The position numbers were made by a program, and so were the translations under genes. 64,000 bases of DNA from Ruditapes philippinarum (Eukaryota), in assembly GCF_026571515.1 (NCBI RefSeq), contig NW_026865402.1, positions 248,001-312,000 on the forward strand. The letters are read 5' to 3'. The notes beneath the pieces are model-generated. The model saw nothing but the letters and a program-made list of their open reading frames with translations. It made no database searches and was not told the origin of the DNA. Position 1 is the first letter of the stretch. Each line of letters opens with the position of its first letter. Positions 12,233 to 26,285 of the stretch are shown here, piece after piece.

Positions 12233-13255
12233 ACAAATATTTAATATCCATCACAATAGTGTAAACCATTGCATAATGCATTCAACAAATTTGAAAAGAA
12301 ACCTCTAGTTTTGATGAAAAAGCATAAAATTAAGAAACATCAAAATACATATACTGGAATTCTTATGAAAATACTCGAAAATAAAAAAAGTTAAGAAATA
12401 CTGCTCGAGAGATACAAGTTATAAGTCTGGTCATTCAGAAGGTTGTTATAAGGTGTCTGAGGTAGAAATATGTGAACAATATTTATTTTGGTGAGTTATA
12501 ATAAACAAAATATATGGTTAACTAGTAGAGAACTACAAAATGTCTTAAACGAAATATGGTATAAACATTTCATAACTATTTCTATGGTTTTAGATAAAAG
12601 ATTTTAATAAATTCAACAACTAATAAAGTCTTGAAAGTCAATACATAGATGCATTATTTTTATATCCTAGTCCAGTTAACCTTAAAAAAATTATCTAGCT
12701 GAAGGAGATGTATTTGGCTTACAAGTCTTCTGAACAAGATAAATGTTCCATGTCTGAAATATATGTCCATTTATTTTTCTGTTTCCCTTTTTTTTTTTTT
12801 TTGGGGGGGGGGGGGGATTGGAGGGTGCATGATATGAATATGCTAATATTCTTAATGTATTCTGTTTACTGATGAATTGAATCGTATGTGATAAATACAT
12901 GTAGGATATTATATTCTTGTTGATTCCTAGACTCTCATAATATAATTTTTTTTACTTGTTCAATAAATTCCGTATTGAACTTATACTCGTTCAATATTTT
13001 CTATATATGGAAGTCTATAATAATAATAATTATAATTATGTCTGAAATACCTCTTTGTAACTCAATATACTGTACTTCAAAACAAAATCATATAATGATC
13101 ATACAAACTGATGTATATTCAAACATAAATGCTAGGCGTAAACACAAAATTTCGTTCAGTTTGTTACACCATGACTACTGTTACACTAACATAAAACAAT
13201 GAGACAAAATGTTGACATCTATCACAGATACAAACTGACTATCACAGGCATAATA

Positions 13256-13492
13256 TGAGCCGCGACATGACAAAATCAACATAGTGCGTTTGCGACCAGC
13301 ATGGATACAGACCAGCCTGCGCATCCGCGCAGTCTTATCAGGATCCATGCTGTTCGCTTACAAACCCTATAGCAAGTAGCGAAACTGATAGCAAACAGCA
13401 TGGGTCCTGATCAGACTGCGCGGATGCGCATGCTGGTCTGGATCCATGCTGGTCGCAAACACACTATGTTGGTTTTGTCGTGACGCGGCTAA
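13256..13492. mobile_element. Palindromic MITE (about 100-bp arms), copy 1
   Basis: TGAGCCGCG..CATGCTGTTCGCT / AGCAAACAGCATG..CGCGGCT inverted arms. Second copy at 59227-59463. Confidence 0.9.
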
Positions 13493-13508
13493 CATAATCA
13501 TTTCACTG

Positions 13509-16500
13509 CTAATCCACCTGATAAAAATCACTGATTCTTTTAGCTAGTAATGTGCATCTCATTTGTGGAGATACCAGGTGTCTATGTAGAAGTCGTACGG
13601 TAGCACCAGGGCTTGAACTCCATGCCTGTAACACATAGTGCATTGGTTGCTCTAACTTCCATCGTTTCCACTGATTGATGGTCTCTTGTGGAATGCCTAG
13701 TCGATCTCCCATCATCCTCCAGTCAGCCCCTGCCAAGTTCAATAGAGAAACTTAAATTAAATCATATCAGCTCACATTAACCTATATTTTGTGGTATAAG
13801 CATAACAAACTTGACCTAATGTGAAATTAAAACTGAATATTGTTAATTAAAAGTATTTCAAGCTCACAAACCTAAAATTAAGATGGCTAAAATATAGAGT
13901 CTGGTCAGACTGTACAGATGTGCAGGAAGCCTAGGTCTGCTAACACTTGGAGGTTTGAAACTACTGGTGATACAAGTGCTTTGAAAGTTTGGTTCAAATC
14001 AAATTAAAACTGCTGTCATGCAGACGAGGCATAACATGCCTATCTTTATCCCTTTTATGGTGCTACAATTTCGATGATAGAAACCCTTATCTACTATTAA
14101 AGTAGACTACTTATTGTGGACAATGGATAGCCACTGATCAAGCACTATGTGTTCAGGTGAGCAAAAATTATTTGGTCAACTAGTTAAAATGTAAATTTTA
14201 AAAAATAATACATGGAGTGCATCTAAATTTGGTACTGTTTATAATTTACTTATCCAGAGCTAACAATTTGTGCTTAAAAATTCCTTAATATTTACTGAGA
14301 TATACAATTCTCTTTATATACTTAAGCCATTTACACTGGTTAAATATTTTGACTTTTATTCATGTCAATAGATATGACACAATAACTAATGTGATATCAG
14401 TCAATACCATTATGGTGAAATATCAAGTATGAAATATCAAGTACAATTGTAGAGATTGTATTGAATCTTACCATTTCCCTTCGGTAGACTAAGCTGTTGT
14501 TCAACATACAGACGTAAATCTTTATGCATTTCTTTGATTTGTGTGTTGCCATCCAGCTTCTTTAAAGGCTGAAACAATAATAATAATATATGATAAATTA
14601 TAATTGATCAATGTTAATTTTATGTAACTTACTAACTTAGAAATCAATCATAAAACTTTATGGTTTGATAACAGCACCCAAAATACAAATGTCTCTAACC
14701 AAAATTCATGTATGATAATAAGTAACAAAAAATAATTGAGAACTTGCTGAATCTTGAGATTATATCTTGAAGGTCAAGGTCATTGAGTGGTAAAAGTCAT
14801 ATTTCAACATTCCAAAATAAAGTTTGTGCACAAATGTAACACTGTGTCTGTGTATGAAGGTTCCAGTTTAAATAATGAAGATGTTCTGACTGAGTGCAGG
14901 AAAAAGACAGACAAAACAGGATAAAAACATATGCCTCCCACAGCCTGATCAATCAATAAATACAGGACACAAATATTCAATATTATTATCTATATAAAAA
15001 TAGTTTAAGGAATCAGTCTTCTTACAACATGAAATTGTATTTAACTTGTTGTTGAAAATAGGATAGCCTTGAGGTATATCTAACTTATAATGATACAATA
15101 AATAGTGCATGATTCATTATCAATATACTGTTCATACATAATGTAAATTATAACTGGTTATGTAATATGTTTGAGTCCCATCAGTGACTTTGGATTCTTT
15201 CATGTGATAAAAGCTATCTAGCTAGCTAATATGTAATGTTGGTGGTTCCACTATGATGCCCATTCGTAGCTGAAATAATGCAATGAGGGGCACCTGAAGC
15301 CTCCCCCCATTAATAGAGCTGGACAGTCACCCATATGACCTTTACAATATTGGTGTAACATAAGACCCAACAAAAGCCACAAACAGCATCACTGATACAG
15401 TTTACCATATTTACACACCACACCACACATATTACATTAAATTTAATGAGATTGTACGATAAACTTCAGTATGTTACCGGTCTGAGGTCCAAGTTTTCAT
15501 TTGTAAGCACCACAGGTTTAGGTTTTGGTTTGCTGATTCTAGGGGTAGACTGGTTTTCTGGTGCAGGAGAAGATAATGATAACCTTGGACTGGTTTCCAC
15601 ACTCAAATGAATTTGTTCATAAGGCAGTGAGTCCAGAAATGTAAACAGACTATTTCCCTCTGCAAAATAGAAAAATATATGATTTAACTATTAGAGAATC
15701 CTATCAATGATTCAAACTTTTATGCTAATATAATCCATAGTTATTTGTAAACCAACCTATATGTTACCCTAATTAATTTTATGAAGTTTTGAGTACATTT
15801 ACACAGTATATTCTGATGATCTCAGTTCAAGGAAATTTTATTTCACGGTTATCTTGATCTCTCTGTATTGTTCCATTTTATTTCGAATATTTAACACATT
15901 GCGTGTGTTCCATGTAGTAACTAATAGTTACATAATATATAGCCATATTTTCCAAGAATAACTTTTTACAATTCACATGTAGATGTGACATACTGTATTG
16001 GAAAATATGATAGCATAAATTCAACAGTCTTTAAGGATTGCTGACCGCGTTGGTTCAAACCATGTCAGGAGCAAGCTGTAGTTTCCTTGAGCAAGAAACT
16101 ACATTCATTGCTTAGTACTGGTTGGTCCCAGGAACGGATTTGAGAGTGTTTCAATAAGCTTATAGCTTCCAACACAAATTTGTAACTAAACTAACAGTCT
16201 TAATGCTTCTTTATCAATGCAACAAATAAACTGACCGCATGGCAGAGTGGTTTAACATGTCAGACTTGTAATCTAAGGATTGCTGGCCGCCTGGGTTCCA
16301 ACCAAGCTGTTGTTTCCTTTAGTGAGAAACTTTTCACTTATTGCTTAGTATTTAAAATAATTGTTGGTTCCAGGAACATATTCATGACTGATTGAATAAC
16401 CTTATTGCTTCCAATAATCTCAAACCAAATAAAATTGTATAAACCAAATTACTGATACACTTTAAGTAAAAGAACAAATTTTGATACCATTATAATGTTT

Positions 16501-17375
16501 AGTATTTTAAATGGAGTTTTCCTTCATTCAATATGGACATAATCGTTCATAATTTTAAGAAAAAAACTAAAATGAGTACCTACTATAAAGAGACAAGTGA
16601 AGACAATGAAAAAAAACATAACAGATACACTGGCTGATCTTGATCTGAACTGGTTGCTCAAAAATAAGCAGGCAAACAGTTATAAATTAAATCATATTAT
16701 TAACGGTACTGAACTACATGGTTCAGTTGTCAGCAAGTACTCAAATTATAAATTTGTTAAAGTAGAAAAGTATGAACTTTTTCCACAGTACTTACTGATA
16801 TCCCTTATAAGTTCCCTTGCTTTCACTTTAATCTCATCAACATTATCACAGTCATTAAGAATTTCATCTAAACCATTCTCAACATTTACTCTAGTCCGTA
16901 ACAATTTTGCTAACTCTGTATTTAGGTGAGTAATCCTAGTTTCGAGTTCTTCTACCCTGTATTCCATAGTATTACTTTTATGAGATTCTGCTGTCATTTT
17001 TTCAGTCAAAGCAACGAGACATTCCGATGGAATTTCTGTCACATCAGGGTTTTCAATCTCTCTAGGTATTTTAATACCTTTTATTTTAGCATTCTCAATT
17101 AATTTATCAATGACTGATGTGATGGTAGATTTCAGAAGCTGATTCTCTTCATTTAGAGATTCTACTTCCCTACACAGTTCAGCATTTGCCTTAATTAGCT
17201 CCTCCTTTGAGGGCCCCTTGTCTTTCTGTTTGTGTTCTTTGCTTTTATGTGATGACGATGTCTTTGATGAGACAGATCCGGCTGAAGATGGCCGAGAAGA
17301 CGAGGTCTTGTCTGAGTTGTTGTTTTCTTTCTTCATGGTTCTACGAGAGTTGGGCAGCAGCACATTGGTAGACAT
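13509..17375 (-). CDS. Coiled-coil protein with C-terminal death-like domain, about 359 aa
   Basis: Exons 17375-16796, 15659-15478, 14568-14472 and 13729-13509. All introns are GT-AG, phases 1/0/1 are consistent, and the total is 1080 nt ending in TAG. Heptad segments, then LRLYVEQQLSLPKGNGADWRMMGDRLGI...VLQAWSSSPGATVRLLHRHL (death-fold pattern DW..L...LG, L..W....GATV..L...L). Alternative start at ATG 17336. Confidence 0.85.
15169..15375 (+). mobile_element. tRNA-derived SINE, 5'-truncated (same family at 59706-59910 and 60445-60625)
   Basis: B-box-like GTTTGAGTCC. Shared core AAGCTATC.AGCT...GAAATAATG...GAGGGGCACCTGA and tail ATGACCT...TTGGTG...CCAACAAAA. Confidence 0.65.
16030..16430 (+). 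mobile_element. Two tandem copies of a tRNA-derived CORE-like SINE
   Basis: A-box TGGCAGAGTGG and anticodon-arm-like AGACTTGTAATCT at about 16240-16275. Duplicated body GTTTCCTT.AG..AGAAACT...ATTGCTTAGTA..TTGGT.CCAGGAAC. Confidence 0.6.
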
Positions 17376-20300
17376 CTTTATGTAATGAAAGTCCACTCAT
17401 CTGCAAGAAAAGGATTAAATATAATAAGAAATCAAGCAGCTTTTAAGGTTAATATCTTATCAAAAGTATGATATTTAAAAAATTATGTCACTTTCATAAA
17501 AGGAACATATTTTAATGAAACTGTTTAAACCAGTGTCTGAATTTTATTTTTTTTTATTATTTTTTTAAGATCTTAAATGGTTAACAGTAGCACAATTCCA
17601 TGCAGTAAATCATTCCCTGAAATAAATTATATATTTAAGGTACAAAGACAATACTTTACTAACCACAAGTTTTAAGAAAATTTAAATACATACTAAAAAG
17701 ATAAACAAAAACATAACAAATAAAATCATGCAAAAAAACTAACATAAAAAATTAATAAATAGTAAATGACAGTGAACTGAAATGCCTAACTAAGAAAAAA
17801 GTATCTACACATACATACTTGAAAGATACGACCCAGTGAGTCAAAGTACTAAATAAATAATTGGTAAACTGAAACCAGTGACATCCCAAATACATACCAC
17901 TAACACCATAAAATTATACTACTTACTTGTAAGAAACCATGGTCACAGTCCACAGTATATCATTTATTCCATAGTACTATTTTTCAAAAAAATAAATGAT
18001 TCATACAAAGGTATGTCCTATACTGTAAGGTCATATGGCTGTCAACTTATAAATAATACAAGTTACTTTAGAACAATAGTGTCAACTAAATATCATTAAA
18101 ATATAATGACAGAATCAATAACCTAATGGTAACAAGTCATAGCATATAGTTGTACCTGATAGGTTTTTATGATACGAAAAATAGATAAAGAAATAAGTTA
18201 TATTATCTGAATATTGATTGAAACTTTAACAAATTAATGCAGAGATACTGGTACCTATACAATGTAGATTAATTGCTTAGTTTTTTTTATAAATGACAAG
18301 CAAACAATCTTGATTGCAGGATGCTGAAAGTAACATTGGAATGAAACATAGTTGGTGTGATAATAAATTCATTTAAATTTTTAACCATAATTATGATATC
18401 TCACAACACAATTTCTGGGACTTATAAGCAATTTGAAATTCATTTACATGTAATAGTTTACTTTAAATAATTGCTGATGTAAGTTAAAATGAAAACTAGC
18501 TACTAATTTAAAAGAAACTATAAAAAAAAGTTCATGAAAAACCATTCATTTCAATTCAATTACAATTTTAATGTCACAGTTACATTAAGTAATCTAAGAT
18601 TAAAAAGACTGTACAGAAAGAAGTATCCATTTAGATTTCTATTATTTAATTAATTATACTTTGTACTTTTAAATTGTCATTAGGAATACATTTCTTACTG
18701 TGTAGTAAAGGATCATATTTATTTTTGAAAGGTCATTATATTAATTCAACAATTTTCTTCAAACTAATAATTATAACACTATTCTCCCAATGAAGTTTGT
18801 GAATATTCAAAAAGTAAAATGCAAAAAAAAATCCTGCCCAAAACAACAAAAATATGAATCCATGTACATGTATGAAATACATTCACCATGCAGCCAATTG
18901 TTTGGAATAAAATAGGTGAATATCAATCAAAAGAAAAACACCACAATGAAAATAGCATTCATATATAAAGTGTAAATAGTTTAGAATTTTTTACCCTTTA
19001 TTTCCCCATGAAATGAAAATTCATTTTCAAAGGAAACACAAGCCTGTAAAAAGAATATATTATAATTTAGATGGTTCTTTGATACTTCAGGCATTTAGTT
19101 TATGGATATCTCAATCAGTTATCGTATCTACTGAAAGTCATATGGTAGATTTTTTTAGGCAATATAACATAACATAACATACTTCTTGAAAGATATATTA
19201 TGCTCATCCTTGAGTAAGATATTTTAGTCGCAGAAATTTATTGAAATCTATGAAATTCTTACTGAATATGTCTGATTTGAATTTAAAAAAATGAGCAAAC
19301 TATGTATGGGAAGCTATTCCCTATTACAGGTCAAGTAAAGTTTGCCCAAAATTCTTTAAAAAAAAAATGCCAGTTTTTTTAATGACACTATATATTCATG
19401 TTGTGACCACCTTAATAGTGTGCAGAATTTTAAACATAACATATCTACTTTGTGTGAAGTCAAAACATGTCTATTTTTTATTAGCAATTATCAATATTTT
19501 CTATTATGAAATTTGAGTATAGTATATCTTTTAAATAAAACTTATCAATGAGCCTTACAGGTTTTGAAAATTTTCAAATTAATATAGTCATATACATGTA
19601 TGAATAAGCAAATAAATTACTTTAAACACATTAACGATCAGATGAGAAAACGTATGTTACAGACATTTTTCCAGACTGATAAAAATGTTTTCAATTGTTT
19701 TGATAATACCTGAATACAAACTTCTTTACCTAGAGACTAGATTAAATTTACTTTCAAAATGATGACCTCACCATTGATAAAACTGATTATTTTGATAAGT
19801 ATTTAATACTTTAACTAAACTGTCCATAATTCTATGTTTAATACACAAATCTACTTTATAATGAAATAAGTACCTAAATTGTAACACCATTGGAATTTGA
19901 AATACCATAGGCAGTTACTAATAAAACAAATTTTAAATGAAATTTACTGACTACCTGAAAGTTAAAACTGCAACCTTTTCCATGAATCAACATATTCAAT
20001 ATACACACAATCATGTAGATGAAATAGGAACACTATAAGTCACTAAGCAATTCAACATTGAAATGTAAGATGTTCAGTCCGATGGTCTGGTTTGTGATAA
20101 ACTATAAGCATTGACATTGAAAACTGTTCAATATGTGTGAAAAACTCAGAACATTAAATAGAAAGTAAGTAGTAAAAAAACTGAATTTGTTTCTTATAAA
20201 TTGGATGTGCTAGCCAGAAATGAAACATTTTTTGAATTAAGTACACATTAGTTTTTATTAATAAGCATTTACAAAATTAAATTGGTCTTGAACTGCTCAG

Positions 20301-23300
20301 ACATTTGACCAATTTAATGCATTAAGTGCTTACTAATAAACACTAACCAATTTAGCGTTTGAAATTATTCTAATAAAAATGTTGATTTACTTAAAAGACT
20401 GATTAAATTTAGCCGATTTACTAAAGATAAAGTGTTATGATTCATTTGAAATACAAAAACTACTGCAATTCTAGTGGACAAAAAATGATTTCAAACACTA
20501 AATAAGTTTTGAATAAAACATAAAATGATCAGATGTTACACTAGGTGTTTGTGCTTACACAAAATGAATGACAAAGTAATTTTGTTAACCAACAGTGTAT
20601 TACAATATTAATTACTTATCATATACATTTGCAAAAAACAGATTTATATATAAAAAAAAATTACTAAAAATTTAAAAAAGAGAAAAATAAATAAAAAAAA
20701 ATCTTACTTGAAGCTAGTCATAATTCACCCAAAATTTTACAGTAGTTAAATATTCATTTAAACGCTTACACTTGATAATCCTAAAATTTTTGTTTCAGGC
20801 TTGGTTATCGGGGATAAGAAGTATATGCTATGGAATGTAAATTTAAATTTGTTAAAGAATATACAAAACATGTAGGAAGATAAAGAACTTATATATGATA
20901 ATAATGCTGCCAACTTCTAAAAAAAATTTATAATTTTTTAAATCTTTAAAAATTTATAATTTTTAAAAATGTAAGTTTTCTTTTAAATGTTTATTGAAGA
21001 AATTTAAGTCTGAAAGTAACAACTTACTGAATAAATTATCACACACGCACTCATTGGATTATATCCTAATAAAATGTTAAAAGTTGTTAAAATTCTTTGC
21101 ACAACAACTATCAAATTTAATGAACAGGTGAAATGTTAAATAAATGGATTCTTCTGTAAACAGACTTCATTCAGACCAGCTTTAACTGCAAATGTTTGTA
21201 GATCCCAAACTGATTCTATTTCAAGCCTTTACCACCTTGAGTAAACGTTTCTAACAATCTTAACGAGTTAATGAACAGGTCCCCAAATAGAAAATGCAAA
21301 TACACATTGTTTACTCCATGGTTAATACAATGTTTCCTCTATTTTGCAGTTTCAATTGAATACTTTTTTTCAATTTTACATTTTATGAATACATTTAACA
21401 ATAAGACTTTGCATATCAGGTACATGTATTCAAAGTAAAACGATATTATTAATAATAATCAATTTTCTTTCTTACAGTTGACTACTTACATATCAATGGG
21501 ACATAATAATGATGTCATTTCTACCTTCTTTTCTGTAAACACCAATTAAATGGACAATTTCTTTAATATATCCAATATATATATTTACATGAATTCAAAA
21601 AGCTGTATTCACGAAACATAATTAAAGACAAATTAAATTGTACAAAAGATAAAGTTTACTTCAGAAAGTGAATAAGCAAGTCCATTAAATATAAACTTCA
21701 AAACAACCAAAGTCTAAAGCACAAAATGAACGCCAAGAGCTTTATTTATTTATTTTTCTTGATATAAGTAATAGAAAGAGCACCGAAACACGAGGCTACC
21801 GGTATCTGATTTGTACGAGGGGGCGAAGCCCCCGAGTATAAATCAGATTGCCGCGAGTGTTTTGGTATTCTTTCTCTTTTGTATCATAGTCAAACATAAA
21901 AACACGTTCCCTGCTATCACAATATGAAACCCCGGGAAAAAGTAACCAATGAACAAGCATCTGAATATGATATTTCTGTCGCTTTCCCTTTCTCTTCCGT
22001 CACAATATGTAAACCCCAGCAAAAATGAACCAATCAATGGTCACTCTCTGGAGTGCGGGTAACTTGTACCTGTACTCCAGTTAACGCACTGTACATGTAT
22101 ATGTATATGTATAAGATTTATCTCTGACACATTTTCAACAGAAAAGTCCCCAAACTATGATACAAAAGATATATTAAAAATTATAACCCACTAATAGCTA
22201 GCAATAGTGACAAGCTTATAATCTAGCCTGCATGTTAGTATGCAACTGACAAGACTTTATAACAGAACAGAATGTCATTTATTTATAACATGTGTTAGGC
22301 AACTTAATATTCTGATATTGAAATCCTTGAAACTTAATAATGAGGAGTGCCATATTCTAAACTGGACAATCTGACATGGTGCCACATTTGAAACCGGACA
22401 TGGTACCATATTCATAACCAGATATTATGTCATATTTAAAATCGGACAATTATCTACATAAAAAATCCAGCAAAGTACATGTAAATGTCAAAAACATGGC
22501 TTGACTGTTTTTACTCTTAGACTAATAGAATGCTAAATATCTCATTGAATCTTATGTGTGAATAATGACAATATTTTCATGATTATGAAAAAAATAATAA
22601 GATTGAGTGCATGGTCAACCGAAATGACTTGTTTTATTTATCCGATTTATAGCAAAAGAATTATTAACATATGACTGTAAAAGATTTCACACTGACATAC
22701 ATATACAAGTATTTATAAACATAAAAATCTTACCTAAAAAATTATAGAATAATGGGGCGAATAATATTCAAATCCTCCAGTAAAACAGGTTTTTCATCGG
22801 AACTTCTAAATTGTGTAATGTTTAACTATTCTCTTGTGATATGTTAATATTTCTCTCAGCAGTTGCTAGAGTATTTCTCCATTTAGATAAAACATCTGCG
22901 TCAAGATAACATATTTGCAATATATTGACCACCACTTTATTGTTACAAAATGTTTTACGAGTCTTTTCAAGTACATGCGTAATTTAATAGCATCTATTTT
23001 GTTAAGGCCTAAAAATCAATATAAAACCTAATCAAATTACAATCAATATCACACAACAAAGTTTTATCTTTTATTGTGATATTGCTTAGTGTTATGGCAT
23101 TATTATTGTTGTGTACAGGTTATATACAAATGTACATGTAATTGTAAAAATAAAAAATAAACTGCTTCAAAATTTTATTAAACTCCAGGAAGCAATCATT
23201 TTTAACTAAATTTGTTATGCTGATTTAAAATTTGTTATATAAAATTAACACAGACAACAATAAAGAATATTAAAAATGATCTGAACTTAAACTACTTTGT

Positions 23301-23769
23301 TCTATATTATGGACCTAAAAAAATTCAAGTATAATTTGGTAAGTTTCAACAAATTGACTTATTGTAAGATACATTAAAAATGATTACAATTTTAATTTGC
23401 ATTAGAACTTTCTTGAAAACTATTATCTATCTTTAAATCTCTTTCAATATCAATAATGACTTGGCTTATATTATGTTGGCAGACCAATCATCATCATCAT
23501 CATGATAATAATTATTATAATTATCATAAGAAACATTATTATTGAATCATTACTGAAATCCATTACACTTTTATGGATAAATCTTAAATAAGAACAGGAA
23601 AATTCAAGTACAAAATAATGTACAAAAAAATTAAGCAGAATATTTAGTGGTAAACTTCACTCCCTTAATTTGCAGCAAACTGAATATCCTACCATTACTT
23701 CAAATAAGAAAGTGAACAAAAGTGAAACTTTTGACCAGGACAGTAACCCTTAACTTGTTGAATTCTTAA

Positions 23770-24275
23770 CCTTTTCTCTGATATAGACGTGTTTTGACGG
23801 CTTTTTGTCCCCCCCCCCCATTTTTGAGGCCTCAAACAATGGGAAAATACCCCATTTAGGCCCCAAACACTGTTTTTCGTTTGAGAAATGTTGTGCACGG
23901 CCCCCCCCCTTCCAAATGATACATCAGGGGGTTGCCAGAAGGGGGATGGACTCAGGTCGATCTTAAGGTGACGTGTAACCAACGTTGAAAAGCCTTTTAC
24001 TCTGTCTCATTGCATTGAGAAGTTGCAGCACTTTGAAATCAGTTTTGATGGGAAAAAAAACAATGCAAAATAGTGATTTTTCGCGATTTTGAGACATCCC
24101 CCCGTTGCCATGGTAACAGGAAATTTAGGATTGAGCATGTTGGTACAGAGGTTATGGTTTAGACAACATATGTGCCAAGTTTCATCAGTATTGAAGCATT
24201 TTTCATAGTTTTATAGCAGTTGAAACTTGTAACAGGAGGCTTTTCAATGAAAACAGACATTTTTTGGGTAAAAGG
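23770..24275. mobile_element. TTAA-flanked non-autonomous element (piggyBac/Kolobok-like), tentative
   Basis: TTAA|CCTTTT...AAAAGG|TTAA ends, with a GC-richer interior than the surrounding DNA. Confidence 0.4.
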
Positions 24276-26285
24276 TTAAATCAACATGTTAAGCTTCCTT
24301 CTTTATCAACTTTAGGGATATCCAGACTAATAGGCTATATAGTGTTTGCAAAGACAAGTCACTTTCCACTTAGCAGGCTAGGGGTTAATTCACAAAGTCA
24401 ATTCAACTGTGTGTTATCTTTCACACTTACATAAAGCAAAGCTAAGTTTTCTTTTATGTTTGAATGATTTTGTTCGAAACTAATCCTTATATTGCTTATA
24501 ATAAACTTGTTGCAGAGAAATACAATGTCTTGTGCCACATAACTGGAATAACACTGGTAAGTTCAATAAAATTCTTTTTGTGCTTTATCTAAAACACAGA
24601 TAAAATTAAATTTATTGTACCTTTTTTTTGGTTATTTTATTATTTTCACTAATCTGCTTGAAGATGTCTATAAAGAGTGTGTGTCTTAAAATCTTAACAA
24701 ACATTTTATAACAAAAAAAAACTAAGAAAGTTCAAATCAAATATTTTTTTTAACTGGCATGCTTGCAATTAATAATGATTCATAGCATTTTAAACAGCAT
24801 TAAGTTTGTATTAGTTTAAAATATTTCCACAGAGATTAAAGTACATGTACTACTTATTACTTTTTTAACAATATTGTAGTTTTTTAATCATGTCAGATAA
24901 ATAAAAAGTCTATAACAATTTAGACCTAAATGTCTGATACATCATAACATGTAAATCACTTTTGGCATGAAAAAAACATAAAAAAAACCCAATAATTACT
25001 GGTTTATAGTGGCATACGGGAAAGTTACAAAACATATGGCATATTTTCAACTACTGAATGTATGTCACAGGATTAAGGAAGTAGGGCCTGTGTTACATAA
25101 GTACCAATGTATTGCTTATTTATAATTTATTATCATTATCAAGTCAAGTATATTTAATACAAATAAAGTTGGATATAATAACAAGCAACATAATTTTATG
25201 CACTAATATGCTGTTTACACAGATTTAAGTACAATTATTACAATTTATTTATAGCATAAAATATAATTATGTCTAGTAATTTTGACTAGTTGGAACTAAA
25301 ATGTTACATTTAGGTGGGAAAAACATGCAAACAAATTAGGAATCAAATTGTTGACCTGTAGACTCAATATTTTTATATCTGCAGCTTAACTAAATTAGCA
25401 AAAAAAATCACTTTTGCATTCTCTGTATCATTTAATAATTGCTTGTGAAACAGTTCTTTATCACATATGAATGTAACTAATTATTGATGGCGCAAGTTCC
25501 GTGAAATGTAACCATTATAAATATTTCATTACATAATTCACATGTAACATTACATCATCATGTCTTGATGCAACATCAATCTTTTATATGGAAAAACATT
25601 GTACAAAAGCAAAATTATATAAAACCTCAAAACATGTTTAATTTACATTGATTTTAATGCAATTAGTCATGTAATAAAAAGAATCTAAGAAACTCATACA
25701 TTTCGAGAGGCTGTATCAGTGTAACTCTGTATATTATTATACAGATCTTTATAAATTTAAATAATGTCATTAAAAAATATATCAACTAAATATCTTTAAT
25801 TCCCTTGAAACTTATCAACCTTTATGATAGCACAGGAACCCCACAAAATCAGCATGTCAAAATAGAGATTATTTCAACTTTATTACACACTTTAAAAGTC
25901 ACAGACAGTTTCGGGTGTTGAGCTCTAAATGCCTTACAAACTATTTAAATATATTGAACATGTGAGTCTGTGTAAGCAACACGGTTCGAATTTAATTGGG
26001 TGCGAATTTGTCTTTAATTTGTAACCCTTTAAGGAAAAAAATAGGCAATAAAACAGGATATATTTAATGCCTTTATCTTTACCTTGCTAAGTAAATTAAA
26101 ACCTGTTATCGTAATCATCTTTGTTTATTCAGAAAATCTTGTGTAAATATACTTGGCGTCTCGGGATATCCCCGTTGGTAAGGTGTGAAAACGAGGCAAG
26201 GGAAATTCTTTCTTCATTTCCGTTCAAGGGAAGTTACTCTGTGCACATATATAAATCACCTGTCAAATGTTCTAAATTAAAGAAA

